A stretch of DNA of 64,000 nucleotides from Tubiluchus corallicola. Its lineage: Eukaryota > Animalia > Priapulida. The stretch covers positions 1 through 64,000 of the forward strand of contig JAQGDQ010000697.1 in the NCBI GenBank assembly GCA_030141605.1, written 5' to 3'. The notes under the pieces are model-generated. The model searched no databases and was not told the origin of the DNA. It worked only from the letters and a program-made list of their open reading frames with translations. The position numbers and the translations under genes were made by a program. Positions 14,501-25,750 of this stretch are shown here, in pieces. How positions within the stretch are numbered: position 1 is the stretch's first letter; the number at the start of each line of letters is the position of its first letter.

Positions 14501-16804
14501 AAAGTTAGTAACTTTTCTCAACATTAAACATCTAGCGTAATTGCTAACAAATTCTAATAGCATGTGAGTAGGTCATAACTGCACAGCACAGTACAAGATC
14601 TTCTAGGTAAAAAGGTAAAAGCTTCTGCTACTAAGTAAAAGGTTCTTCTTAAAGTGATTTGTTAATAAGTTTGAATCAGCTAAATAACACACCAAAAACT
14701 GTTTAGAACGTAAATTTTGCTCATTACCTCACACAGTTTTGAAAAACTACACCAACATTTCAAATATACCATTACACTAATGCTCTTCCTGGTAGGAATA
14801 CTAGACTGATGACCATGTTTTCTCTAGGGTTGCTCTGCATACTCTTAACTTATTCTAGTTTGATTGTTTTGTTAATATGACCATTGCTAGAACGACCAAT
14901 CAAAATATTGATTTCAAATTTGAGAATCATTCTCATCATAACAGATATTCTGAGAAATTGCAAGGTTTAGTGGAGAAACAGACAAGAAATATTAGAAAAA
15001 TGTAATAAACGATAAATTAATAAACGCAAAAAATTGAACAATTGCAGCAAACAGAGTGGAAAAATACAATTAGAAAAATGGTTCAGGTTAATTATTTTGT
15101 TTATCAGCCGAGCATTTTTCTACAAGAAAACTCAGAAAGTAATAAATCTGTACTAAGCAATAAGTAACCCATATACAGTGTGGCAGCATTGTCTTTTCAG
15201 CATTCACTACTAATAGGCATGTGGTCACTAATGCAGTAAATTACATTTGTCTAAAATAATAATTAATTTTCCAGGTTAATAAACCATTAAACTTTACTCA
15301 CATCTTAAATTTTACTACAAAAATTAATAAACAGACAAAAACTAACAAATGAACCTTCTACTTTAAAAATTAAAACTTTTTGGAAAATAGTACTAATGAA
15401 CAATATAAACGAGAATGCAAAAGCTGATTCTATATCATCAGCAACTGCAGATGCATCACAGAAGGTGTTGCATTACAAAACTGTGACAATTTGTACTTTA
15501 ACTTCCTTCTGTAAAACTTACAAACTCTTATTATCTAATACGTAGAAATGAAATCTGAACAATTATCATATTCTGTGGAAGCATTTTATGTTATATTGTA
15601 TAATTACTTATTCACAAAGCTGAGAGAAGATAATTAAAAATGATGACTTACCAATAACAGTTACTTCTCCTTCGCGTGAATCTTCAATTATATCACCATA
15701 ATCTTGTACTTGGCAGTAATAGACACCATCACGTTGATTTACATCTATATTTGTAATCTTTATACCCCAATTTCCAGTGGTGGGAGGAGTACTGTCAATA
15801 TAAGCATAGTTTTCTTCTTGGCCTACATTAATCTGGTTATTATTAACAAACCAAATAACTGTATGACTGGGAAAAACTCCAATTTTTACTACACAATGTA
15901 GCACAACGTCATCTCCAGGAAAAGCAGCAACATCCTCAGGTTCTTGTTCAAAATATGGTGATTCACTCCGCACATCTGCAAAAAATACAAATTTGAAATT
16001 AAGGAATTCAGATTTTGCTGCAATGGCTAATATGTAAGCAGGTATGTCATATAAATTGTGCATATAAGTAACATGTATACAGTGTGACAGCACTACTTTG
16101 TCGGTTCACATTCTCTACTGCAGTAGCAAGCATATGACAACTATTTGCAGTAAATTATGTATGTATAAAATAGTAATTAAACTTAATAATTGCATAATAT
16201 TAGTAGCAATTAAACTTTAAAACTTTTACAAAGTCTAGGTAAAAATATGAAGTAAGCTTTACACACATTATAAGAAAAATAAAAAAAAACAATTATTAAA
16301 GTGAGAGTTCAACAGGCATTGCTCCAATGAAGAGCAGCTGTTACCAAGAGCAGAGTTGTACACAAACTTTCCAACCACATGATTTTGCTTAGGAGGAAAT
16401 AATTGATTAGGTGCTGATTTTAACTGCATCCAGTGTGTTAATTATACTGGAACTGTTTGTAGCGTGTTAACGCAAAATAAGCTTTCCAAAATGGGTATTT
16501 GCCATTTAAATTATCCTCTCAAGTATCTTGTAACTACACATAATACTACAAGAAGGCAAAATATGTGGAACGATGTAGTATTATGGTAATTGCAACAAAT
16601 CAAATGTTTAGGGTTTAAATAATCAATTAGAATTGTGCACTGAAATACAATATTTCTGATAAACTAGGAAATAATGTAACTAGTTTTTCTTTGCATTAGT
16701 ACAGATTAAAAGTATCTCTGACATTAAGAAATTATTTTTTGTTTTTACTTACAGTTAATGAAAAGGAAAATAATCAAAAGTAGCAGTGTATCGTATGATC
16801 TCAT
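2164..16804 (-). CDS. Gene A: IgSF receptor, inverted paralog of gene B; 3' exons not seen in the window
   Basis: Exons 16804-16753, 15975-15652, 13769-13635, 13303-13139, 11061-10801, 6605-6255, 4799-4443 and duplicate 2520-2164. All have AG/GT borders and phase-1 junctions, and each matches a gene B exon (roughly 90-98% aa identity). Confidence 0.85.
4443..4799 (-). CDS. Gene A exon 7, atypical Ig-like domain D5
   Basis: FCSNP...WTW...DCFSAEF; 357 nt; matches 35103-35459. Confidence 0.88.
6255..6605 (-). CDS. Gene A exon 6, atypical Ig-like domain D4
   Basis: FCSKP...WTW...DCFKAKL; 351 nt; matches 33320-33670. Confidence 0.88.
10801..11061 (-). CDS. Gene A exon 5, I-set Ig domain D3
   Basis: LECEADGNPEP.YEW...DGGKYKCEASNSIG; 261 nt; AG/GT borders. 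Confidence 0.9.
13139..13303 (-). CDS. Gene A exon 4, second half of D2
   Basis: DNGAVLQCRV...KTLNVE; 165 nt, one Asp codon shorter than in gene B. Confidence 0.85.
13635..13769 (-). CDS. Gene A exon 3, first half of C2-like Ig domain D2
   Basis: FKCGAQGGNLKPVISWFV; 135 nt; matches 26893-27027. Confidence 0.85.
15652..15975 (-). CDS. Gene A exon 2, V-like Ig domain D1
   Basis: LHC...W...DGVYYC Ig motif; TGCAG acceptor, GTAAGT donor; 324 nt. Confidence 0.9.
16753..16804 (-). CDS. Gene A exon 1, signal peptide MRSYDTLLLLIIFLFIN
   Basis: ATG at 16804, 52 nt, followed by GTAAGT; same peptide as gene B exon 1. Confidence 0.85.
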
Positions 16805-16994
16805 TTTGAAGATTCAAGCAGGTTTTCTAATGTCTCTTTAAGATGACATCAAGTGTACTGGTTGCTGAAATAATAAAAGCACCATGATTACAATATTATA
16901 ATTACATTCTAAGATCCCCATTGCTTCCATGCAAGACCTCACTATGACGTTTAATGATGAGACGGGTCTCAATCAAATCGCAGTGAGGTCTTCT

Positions 16995-17568
16995 AGATCT
17001 CAGCAATAGTAACAGTTGACATAGTTGAGAGGTTTCCATCAGATCACAACAAAGTCTTCTAGACCTAAGTAACAGTTGACATAGTTTAGAGGTCTCCATC
17101 AGATCACAACAAATTCTTATAGACCTTAGTAACAGTTGACATAGTTGAGAGGTTTCCATCAGATCACAACAAAGTCTTCTAGACCTTAGTAACAGTTGAC
17201 ATAGTTTAGAGGTCTCCATCAGATCTCAACAAATTCTTATAGACCTTAGTAACAGTTGACATAGTTGAGAGGTTTCCATCAGATCACAACAAAGTCTTCT
17301 AGACCTAAGTAACAGTTGACATAGTTTAGAGGTCTCCATCAGATCACAACAAATTCTTATAGACCTTAGTAACAGTTGACATAGTTGAGAGGTTTCCATC
17401 AGATCACAACAAAGTCTTCTAGACCTTAGTAACAGTTGACATAGTTTAGAGGTCTCCATCAGATCACAACAAATTCTTATAGACCTTAGTAACAGTTGAC
17501 ATAGTTGAGACGTTTCCATCAGATCACAACAAAGTCTTCTAGACCTTAGTAACAGTTGACATAGTTGA
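16995..17568. repeat. 60-bp minisatellite (about 9.5 copies, 120-bp higher-order dimer) upstream of gene A
   Basis: AACAGTTGACATAGTT recurs every 60 nt from 17011 to 17551; two variants alternate. Confidence 0.95.
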
Positions 17569-19068
17569 CAGTGGTGAGAAGTCAGGGGAACAGTAAATAC
17601 AGATTTTGAAAGTGTCACAGTCGAAAAAAATGCTGAGCAAATTTAATTCAAAAACACAAGAAGTGGTTGAGTGGTAAGAGAAACTCCCTTCCCTTTGCAG
17701 GAAATAGAATCGCCCACCGACCATGTTAGACAACGTGAAAAAACTGTCTGTGAACACAGTGGGTAACACAGGGGGTGTGGTGTGCCACTGCACTTATTTA
17801 CCTGGTCTAATGCAATGAGGCAGATTAAAGCAATATTGTGTGATACTCGCAACAGATTTGACTTATGAAGCCACTAAATTTAGCAAATTTCACACAATTT
17901 CACAAAGACAATTAAGTTTTAATACATTTTTACCCAACTACATTTGAAATATGTTATGAATCATGAGTAAAATTTATGTTATGAATCATGAGTAAAATTT
18001 TGACTGGAAGGTTTACAGCAGTCTTTTTCTGATAACTTACTTGTACGTTAGAACAAAAAGCCACAAAGGTTTTCCTAAATTTTCCCCTTATTAAGTTTAC
18101 TTACAGGCTCATGACATTTTTTAGATATTACATTTTCAGATCAATACGGTAGCAATATTAACAGTGCTAACTAAGCAATTTTTAAATCTGTACTGCAACA
18201 GTACAATGCGTAATGAAAATACGCAGTGACACTGACAATCAGAATACTGCCTGTCCTGCTTATTTAGTCCTGCCTTCCACTGAATTGTAAAATGACACAC
18301 GATCGTCTATGTAAGTAAGTATGACAGAAGTAGCAATAATTTTTCACACTGACTTGACGTTAGCACGATACTTTTAATGATGTTGACAACTTAGGCTCAG
18401 GATAGACTAAACAGCATTTAAAAACTGGTTTCCGTCCTTTGCTGGTATTCTGCTCCGAATACAATTTCCATAACATTTGTACTTACGATAAGAAAATTCG
18501 GCTCGCCAAAAATTCATCGGCAAAATCACACGAAACCTTACAGAACAGCAACTTGCTGTTGGACCTTGCACCACAATTGCGCATATTCAGGTGTTGGGCA
18601 CCGAGTAATCTATTAGCCGAAGTAGGACAATTGACGTACATGGGCTGTCCAAGTAGGACAGTAGAGACAGGTCCGCGAATTGAGTCGTTAAGCGTACTGA
18701 CACCGTCCATTGTCCTTGTTTATGTAATAATAATAATAATATTAATCAAAAACGTCAATATACTTTAAATAGTTTATTATACATCTGATAAAACAAAAGA
18801 ATTTTGTTCTGAACTGGTAGAATGGACAATATTAAATTTGGCTTCGATATTAATGTTGTTGAAGTGAAATAAATCCCCTTTTAAAACGGTTTTAACATTT
18901 GTTTAAGGTATATCGTTTTTTATTTTGCGTTGCTTTACAGACAGGTGGCCCATTTAACTACTTCTTGAAATAATTGTTTTCCTCTAAGTAAATAGGCTAG
19001 CGAGCAACGTGCATAACATAGTTAAAGCATTAAGTTCTTAGTATAATGTTATGATGATTTTAATGAAG

Positions 19069-19276
19069 CTAATTTTGTTTCAGAGAAAAAGTAACATTAT
19101 CATAATGATGGATAGTCCTTGGCAGTTTACAAAATTCCTGTATTTTTTACAATAGTATCATCTGTGTTAATTTAATAACACAGATGATACTATTGTAAAA
19201 AATACAGGAATTTTGTAAACTGCCAAGGACTATCCATCATTATGATAATGTTACTTTTTCTCTGAAACAAAATTAG
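19069..19276. repeat. Perfect inverted repeat, 101-bp arms, 6-nt loop
   Basis: 19069-19169 is the reverse complement of 19176-19276; loop ATTTAA. Confidence 0.93.
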
Positions 19277-19489
19277 TTTTACGTTTTATTATGTCATCAT
19301 CATTCTGGATTCCCGTCAAAAATCGCCAGTGCGCTACTCGGGCTGCCCGTGTACGACACTGCTTATTCGCTAATTTAGCACATGCGTATTACGGGAAGTG
19401 TCCTACTTCGGCTAGTGGATTATTCGGCGCCCTACATAGATAATACGCACGCTCGCAACTCACTTTTACGCGGCCATTTTGCTTTATGT

Positions 19490-19877
19490 TTGATTTCGAT
19501 TCGAACGAGTGTTTATTAGTTCGCAATAGATTCGAACCTAAAGCTATAGATTCGAATAATTTAACACTTCAATCACAGACATCATTTATTATTAAAACGA
19601 TTGAAAATTATGCAATTAGCATAATTTAGCTCTGATTTCCGTGCTTAATTTTAAACAAATTATTACTGGTATTACTGCAGAACAACGTCGAGTAATATGC
19701 GTGATCTTTGCAAGACCAATTTTTACTCGTGGTTTTGCAAACTTGTTTGAAAATCTTGCAATATTGATTCGAATTCGATTTGAATTCGAAATACTGAAGT
19801 TCGATTCAACTCGAATTCAAAAGTCACAAATTTGATTCGATTCCCATTCGCTTTCTTATAGAAAATGCTCACCCCTA
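19490..19877 (-). mobile_element. hAT-type MITE, inverted copy of the 44603-45009 family, lacking one end
   Basis: Ends ATGCTCACCCCTA; TTCGAA-rich subterminal repeats; reverse-complement similarity to 44603-45009. Confidence 0.75.
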
Positions 19878-20583
19878 GTAACAACTTCTCCAATGTCCAC
19901 AGAATAAGAAATTGGCATTATGGTAGCAAACTTTGATCACAATTCTTTTGTAACACATTCATTATTTTTTTATAAACTATCATTCAAATAGCCGAAACAA
20001 ATACTATTTAAGTCATTTCCCTTTCTGTTATTGCTGAAAAATACATTTAACTGTGATTTTGAAGTACTTTTTCATTAGCTAGCTAGCTTATCTACATTAA
20101 TAGAAGTCCACATACTAAAAATGTTATTTACTATTATCACTATCACTGAAAATATTCTTTTAAACAAAGATTATATAATTAATTTTATATGTATGCACTA
20201 TTTGATATGTATGTACTGTATTGGGTTTTGCCAATGCACATTATATGTATTTGAGCAATAAATTGAAATGATTGAATCATGACTACGGCACTTTGAACGC
20301 GACCGTAAGGCTAGGTTTAAGTTGAGCGAAATAGTAAGTCTGTCATATTACGTGAACTTGTAGTTGCAGCCTATAGATGGCACAACCAGCTTACCCCTGG
20401 TTGCAGTTATTTCTAGATGTCTTCTTACTAATAATACTTTTACTTTATTCTTAATTGATCTTCTGTTCTATCTGTATATGGTGCACCACACAACTACGTA
20501 GCACTCTGAAGGTATTGAAGCTAAACTTTCTCTTGCTGTCAGCATAGACGATTTCGGTGTAATTCTATCAAGCCAACCACTGA

Positions 20584-20832
20584 TGCAAAGTCATTAACAG
20601 GAACGCCAAAGCTGCACAGATTTAGACAAAATGAACTATTTTATTGAAAACAGTAAAGAACTTTCATAGCAACAGACTTATCAACTAAAGGTGGTAATGT
20701 TACAGCTGGCTTACAACAGGGAAGCCCAGATTGGGCGGAGGCTAACAGTTAAGTAGTATGCTACGTCACAAGTAGAATATAACCAAAGCGACAGAGGGAG
20801 CCTTGCACAATTGAAACCATAGTGCTCTTACA
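20584..20832 (-). mobile_element. Dispersed repeat of about 250 bp, probable solo LTR
   Basis: Homologous to 37130-37381; TG...CA ends; CCAAT and AATAAA on the - strand; no clear TSD. Confidence 0.5.
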
Positions 20833-22088
20833 AAAGAATCACCTGTGTGTGAAGTGAGACAAAAGAAAAATAATATACCTTAACCAATACGTATTGTAAA
20901 CACCTAAAAAGTGGCTTACTTCACTTCAAAAAGATAAATTTCAAAGACAGATTTAATATTGCTTGTTCGACAACCTCAGAATAAGATTCTTTTATTTATT
21001 TCATCAGATGTATAAATGTATGTATCAGGTGTATTGACGTTTTCAATTATTATTATTATTATTAATGATAAACAAGGACAAGGGTTGTGCCACTATGGTT
21101 AACAACTCAATTTGTGACCTGTCTCTAGTGTCCTATTTGGGCTACTTGGGCTTCCCATGTATGATCATCCTACTTGGGCTTCCTATGTACAGCAATTGCC
21201 CTACTTCGCTGCTGGAAGGATGCTCAGTTACAGTTACAGTTACAGGATGGACAGCTCGAATTTGTTACAGAATTAGTAGATCGAGCAACGCGTGTGGTTA
21301 ATAATTATGCTGAAATAATAAGAGTTGGAACACTCAGTGTTCCAGGCTTAAGAACAAAATTGAAAGAAGCTGTTCTTTTAAAGATTTAGACAAATATGGA
21401 TTGATGTTTTTGGCACCACAAGTAATGCATGTGAAATAAACAGAGAATTATTCTTTAGACAATAAGTATAAAGTGTTTTTACATGGAGATGACACAACTG
21501 CTTATGCTGGAGTATGTTTTGTTTATTCAGTGGATTTTTAAATTCAAGAAATATTGCTCTCAAAACTTATAAAAGCAAGCAAATCACTGACGTAAATTGC
21601 TATGCATCCACGTTAGTAAAAAGTGAAAAGGATCTCAAATTAAGAGCTGTTTTAAGAGAAATTATCAGTACAGTACCCAAAAGTCAAATGTTTGCTAATC
21701 ATTTCTCAAAATTTCAATGCCAAAATTGGATAACTACATAATTCTTTACTAGAGCATATAAGGGAATTTCAAATTCAAATGGATTACAATTATCTGAAAA
21801 TGTTTTGGCCAAAAATCTGGTCGTTACTAACATTGTATTCCAACAAAAATGCGTTCACTTCACTATAATAATAATTTATTATTTGTAGAGCGCAGCACAT
21901 CGGAGATCTCGATGCGCCTTAGAATTTAAGAATACAAACACAGTCATTACAAAATTAATCACTACCTGGCAAATAACACAGAAAAATAAGTTGTCATAGA
22001 ATGGGGAACCGAGGAGAAATCCTATAAGGAATCAAATAGATTTTTATATTATAAGAAAAATGCACATGCTACTAGTAAGAAATCCCTG

Positions 22089-22505
22089 TAGTAGGAAGCA
22101 GCACCTCTAAAGAAGACCGAAGAGAAGAAAATGGATGTGGCGGAGATGAGGATGTTGAGATGGATGGTGGGAGTAACAAGAAGGGATAAAATCAGGAATA
22201 GTAATATTAGAGGAACAGTGAAAGTAGTGGAAGCCTCGAAAAAGATACAAGAGGCAAGATTGAGATGGTATGGGCACCTGAAAAGAAGAGTCGGTGAAGA
22301 TCATGTGGGAAGGGAGGTCATGGAAATGGAAGTGCTGAGAAATAGAAGAAGAGGACGGCCCAAGCTGAGATGGTATGAATGTATTAACGGAGACCTTAGA
22401 CAGAAGAACATAAATGAAGAGATGGCCAACAACAGGAATGCATGGAGAAGACTCATTCACAATGGCGACCCCGCATAGGGAAAAGCTGGGAAGAAGAAGA
22501 AGAAG
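22089..22505 (+). mobile_element. 5'-truncated RTE-clade LINE
   Basis: EMRMLRW...RLRWYGH...RGRPKLRW C-terminus, (GAA)n tail, 18-bp TSD ACTAGTAAGAAATCCCTG at 22071 and 22506. Confidence 0.9.
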
Positions 22506-23099
22506 ACTAGTAAGAAATCCCTGGCCCTATGCTGGTTTAAACATAGATCTTTATTAAGAGTCATTTAACTTCGGCTGCTTACACAAATCTTGTTTATAAT
22601 AAAATCGTTCTGGAAAATAGTTAAACTTAAGACACCGGCTGTGAATTTGATAACCAAAATTAACTCTCCAAAGGCTGTGACAAAATAAAAAATTGCTTTA
22701 TCCAGGTTGTCACTGGATGTAGTTGCAGCCAGTAAAATTAAAAAAATACAGACGCAGACAAAGGTCTGAAATGATAACCTGATACATGTGCAATGATGCT
22801 ACGTATAAAAACTTAAGTATGCTCATAATATGACTACATTGTGCAAGACGATTTCGCCACGATAATTTTGAATTAAATTTGCTCAAAATTTTTTTCGACT
22901 GTGACACTCAAAAACTACATTACTGTTCCCTAGACTTCTCAACTATGTCAAATGTTACTGTTACTAAGGTCTAGTGGACCTGGCTGTGATCTGATGGAGA
23001 CCTCTCAACTATGTCAACTGTTACTGTTACTAAGATATAGAAGACCTCGCAGCTATTTGATGTAGACATTTCAATTATGTCAATTGTTACTAAGATCTA

Positions 23100-23289
23100 G
23101 AAGACCTCACTGCAACCTGATTGAGACCCGGCTAATCTTTAAGGTCACAGTGAGGTCTTGCATGGGTGTGATGGGCGTCTTAGAATGTAATTATATAATA
23201 TTGTAATCATGGTGCTTTTATTATTTCAGCAACCAGTACACTGGATGTCATCTTAAAGAGATATTAGAAAACCTGCTTGAATCTTCAAA
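23100..23289 (+). promoter_or_regulatory. Conserved 5'UTR/proximal promoter block shared by all four paralogs
   Basis: GTCTTAGAAT...TTTTATTATTT.AGCAAC...ATTAGAAA.CCTGCTTGAATCT..AAATGAG recurs at about 16805-16990 (-), 49950-50133 and 61950-62107; regulatory role inferred from position only. Confidence 0.5.
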
Positions 23290-23341
23290 ATGAGGTCATA
23301 CGATACACTGCTACTTTTGATTATTTTCCTTTTCATTAACT
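23290..23341 (+). CDS. Gene B exon 1, signal peptide
   Basis: AAAATGAGG start; MRSYDTLLLLIIFLFIN; GTAAGT donor. Confidence 0.85.
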
Positions 23342-25719
23342 GTAAGTAAAAACAAAAAAAATAATTTCTTAATGTCAGAGATACTTTTAATCTGTAGTAA
23401 TGCAAAGAAAAACTAGTTACATTATTTCCTAGTTTCTCAGAAACATTGTATTTCAGTGCACAATTCTAATTGATTATTTAAACCCTAAACATTTGATTTG
23501 TTGCAATTACCATAATACTACATCGTTCCACATATTTTCCCTCCTCCTTGAAGTATTATGTGTAGTTACAAAATACTTGAGAGGATAATTTAAACGCCAA
23601 ATACCCTTTGGAAAGCTTATTTTGTGTTAGCACACCACAAACAGTTTCAGTAGAAGCAATTAAACTCAAACGACGTCAACACTACACACAAACAACAAAA
23701 GGAGACAAACAACTGCAAATCATTCATTCTACAACGGCACACACATACAAAATTACCACCAACAGAAAAAGGTCATCAGGTGAAATTCAGATTTCTGTTC
23801 CTACTCACCATCTTCAACCTCCATTCAACTCAATGGATGAAATACAAGAACTATGCAGTTAAAATCAGCACCTAATCAATTATACCATTTTCCTCCTAAG
23901 CAAAATTATGTTGTTGGAAAGTTTGTGTAAAACTCTGCTCATGGTAACAGCTGCTCTTCATTGGTGCAATGCCTGTTAAACTCTCATTCTATGTGTGTAA
24001 AGCTTATTCATATTTTTACCTAAACTTTGTAAAAGTTTTAAAGATTATCTGTTTATTAACTATGAAAATGAATTTAGTTGCTACAATTATTATGCAATTA
24101 TTAAGTTCAATTACTATTTTAGACATACGTAATTTACTGCAAATAGTGGTCATATGCTTGCTACTGTAGCAGAGAATGTGAACCGACAAAGTAATGCTGT
24201 CACACTGTATACATGTTACTTATATGTACAATTTATATGACATACCTGCTTACATATATATATATTATGTATGCATAATCATATATCTGTATATGCTCAC
24301 TTGGTTATAATATTCTATTTTTAAGTTCAGTTGATACATTACACATATTAGTCATTGCAGCAAAATCTGAATTCCTTATTTTCAAGTTTGTATTTTTTGC
24401 AGATGTGCGGAGTGAATCACAATATTTTGAACAAGAACCTGAGGATGTTGCTGCTTTTCCTGGAGATGACGTTGTGCTACATTGTGTAGTAAAAATTGGA
24501 GTTTTTCCCAGTCACACAGTTATCTGGTTTGTTAATAATAACCAGATTAATGTACCCCAAGAAGAAAACTATGCTTATATTGACAGTAGTCCTCCCACCA
24601 CTGGAAATTGGAGTATAAAGATTACAAATATAGATGTAAATCAACGTGATGGTGTCTATTACTGCCAAGTACAAGATTATGGTGATATAATTGAAAATTC
24701 ACGCGAAGGAGAAGTAACTGTTATTGGTAAGTCATCATTTTTAATTATCTTCTCTCAGCTTTGTGAATCAATAATTATACAATATAACATAAAATGCTTC
24801 CACAGAATATGATAATTGTTCAGATTTCATTTCTACATATTAGAGGTTAAGAAGTTTGTAAGTTTTACAGAAGGAAGTTAAAGTACAAATTGTCACAGTT
24901 TTGTAACGCAACACCTGCTGTGATACATCTACAGTTGATGATGATATAGAATCAGCTTTTGCATTCTCCTTTACATTGTTCATTAGTACTATTTCCAAAA
25001 AAATTTTAATTTTTAAAGTAAATAGTTCATATGTTAGTTGTAACCTGTGCCATTAAAGCTCAATTAGGTTGATTAAAAAATGCCCTCCTTTTTACATTCC
25101 GAGTAGCAATTCTACCATTGGTCATTGATGCTTAAATTTAACAAAAAACTTTATTAATAACTAATTAATTATTCAGCAATATTAGAAACATATTTTTAAT
25201 TTTTTCGAGGGCGATCCGGGAATTTCCATTATGTTGACCAAAAAAACTCATGGGACAACTTAATTATGGGGTGAGAATCGGCATATTTTATAATATGGGC
25301 TGCTATACATAAGTATTCGGTTTTTCCGTGATAATGATAAAATGTATTTTGTTCTCACTATGATTTTTTAAGGCTGTTTTTTTTTCATTATACTATGCTT
25401 GATGTTTATGAAATGTTAAAGAAAATCACATAAAATGCCCAAGTTTTTTGATTATAGATTTTCTGATGCTACACACAAGACAGGTAAATTTATGCAATAC
25501 ATATGCTGCATGCAAATACTTAACTTTAGTTTAAAGTTTTTTTTAAGATAACTCAATTTACTTTATTAATTTATTCACAATCTTTTGTTATAATTGCACG
25601 TGTTTGTTTTTTTTACGTATTGTAGACTGATAGATGTATTGCATAATGAAAATTTTTATTTTTTTTATTTTATATAGAAATACATGTAATATTTAATAAA
25701 AAATATTTAATTAATTCGT

Positions 25720-25750
<31 letters not shown>

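Noticed and set aside
16902-17618. Leu/Cys-rich repetitive ORFs resembling LRR proteins
   Set aside because: Product of the 60-bp minisatellite; paralogous copies have different unit lengths and no conserved ORF
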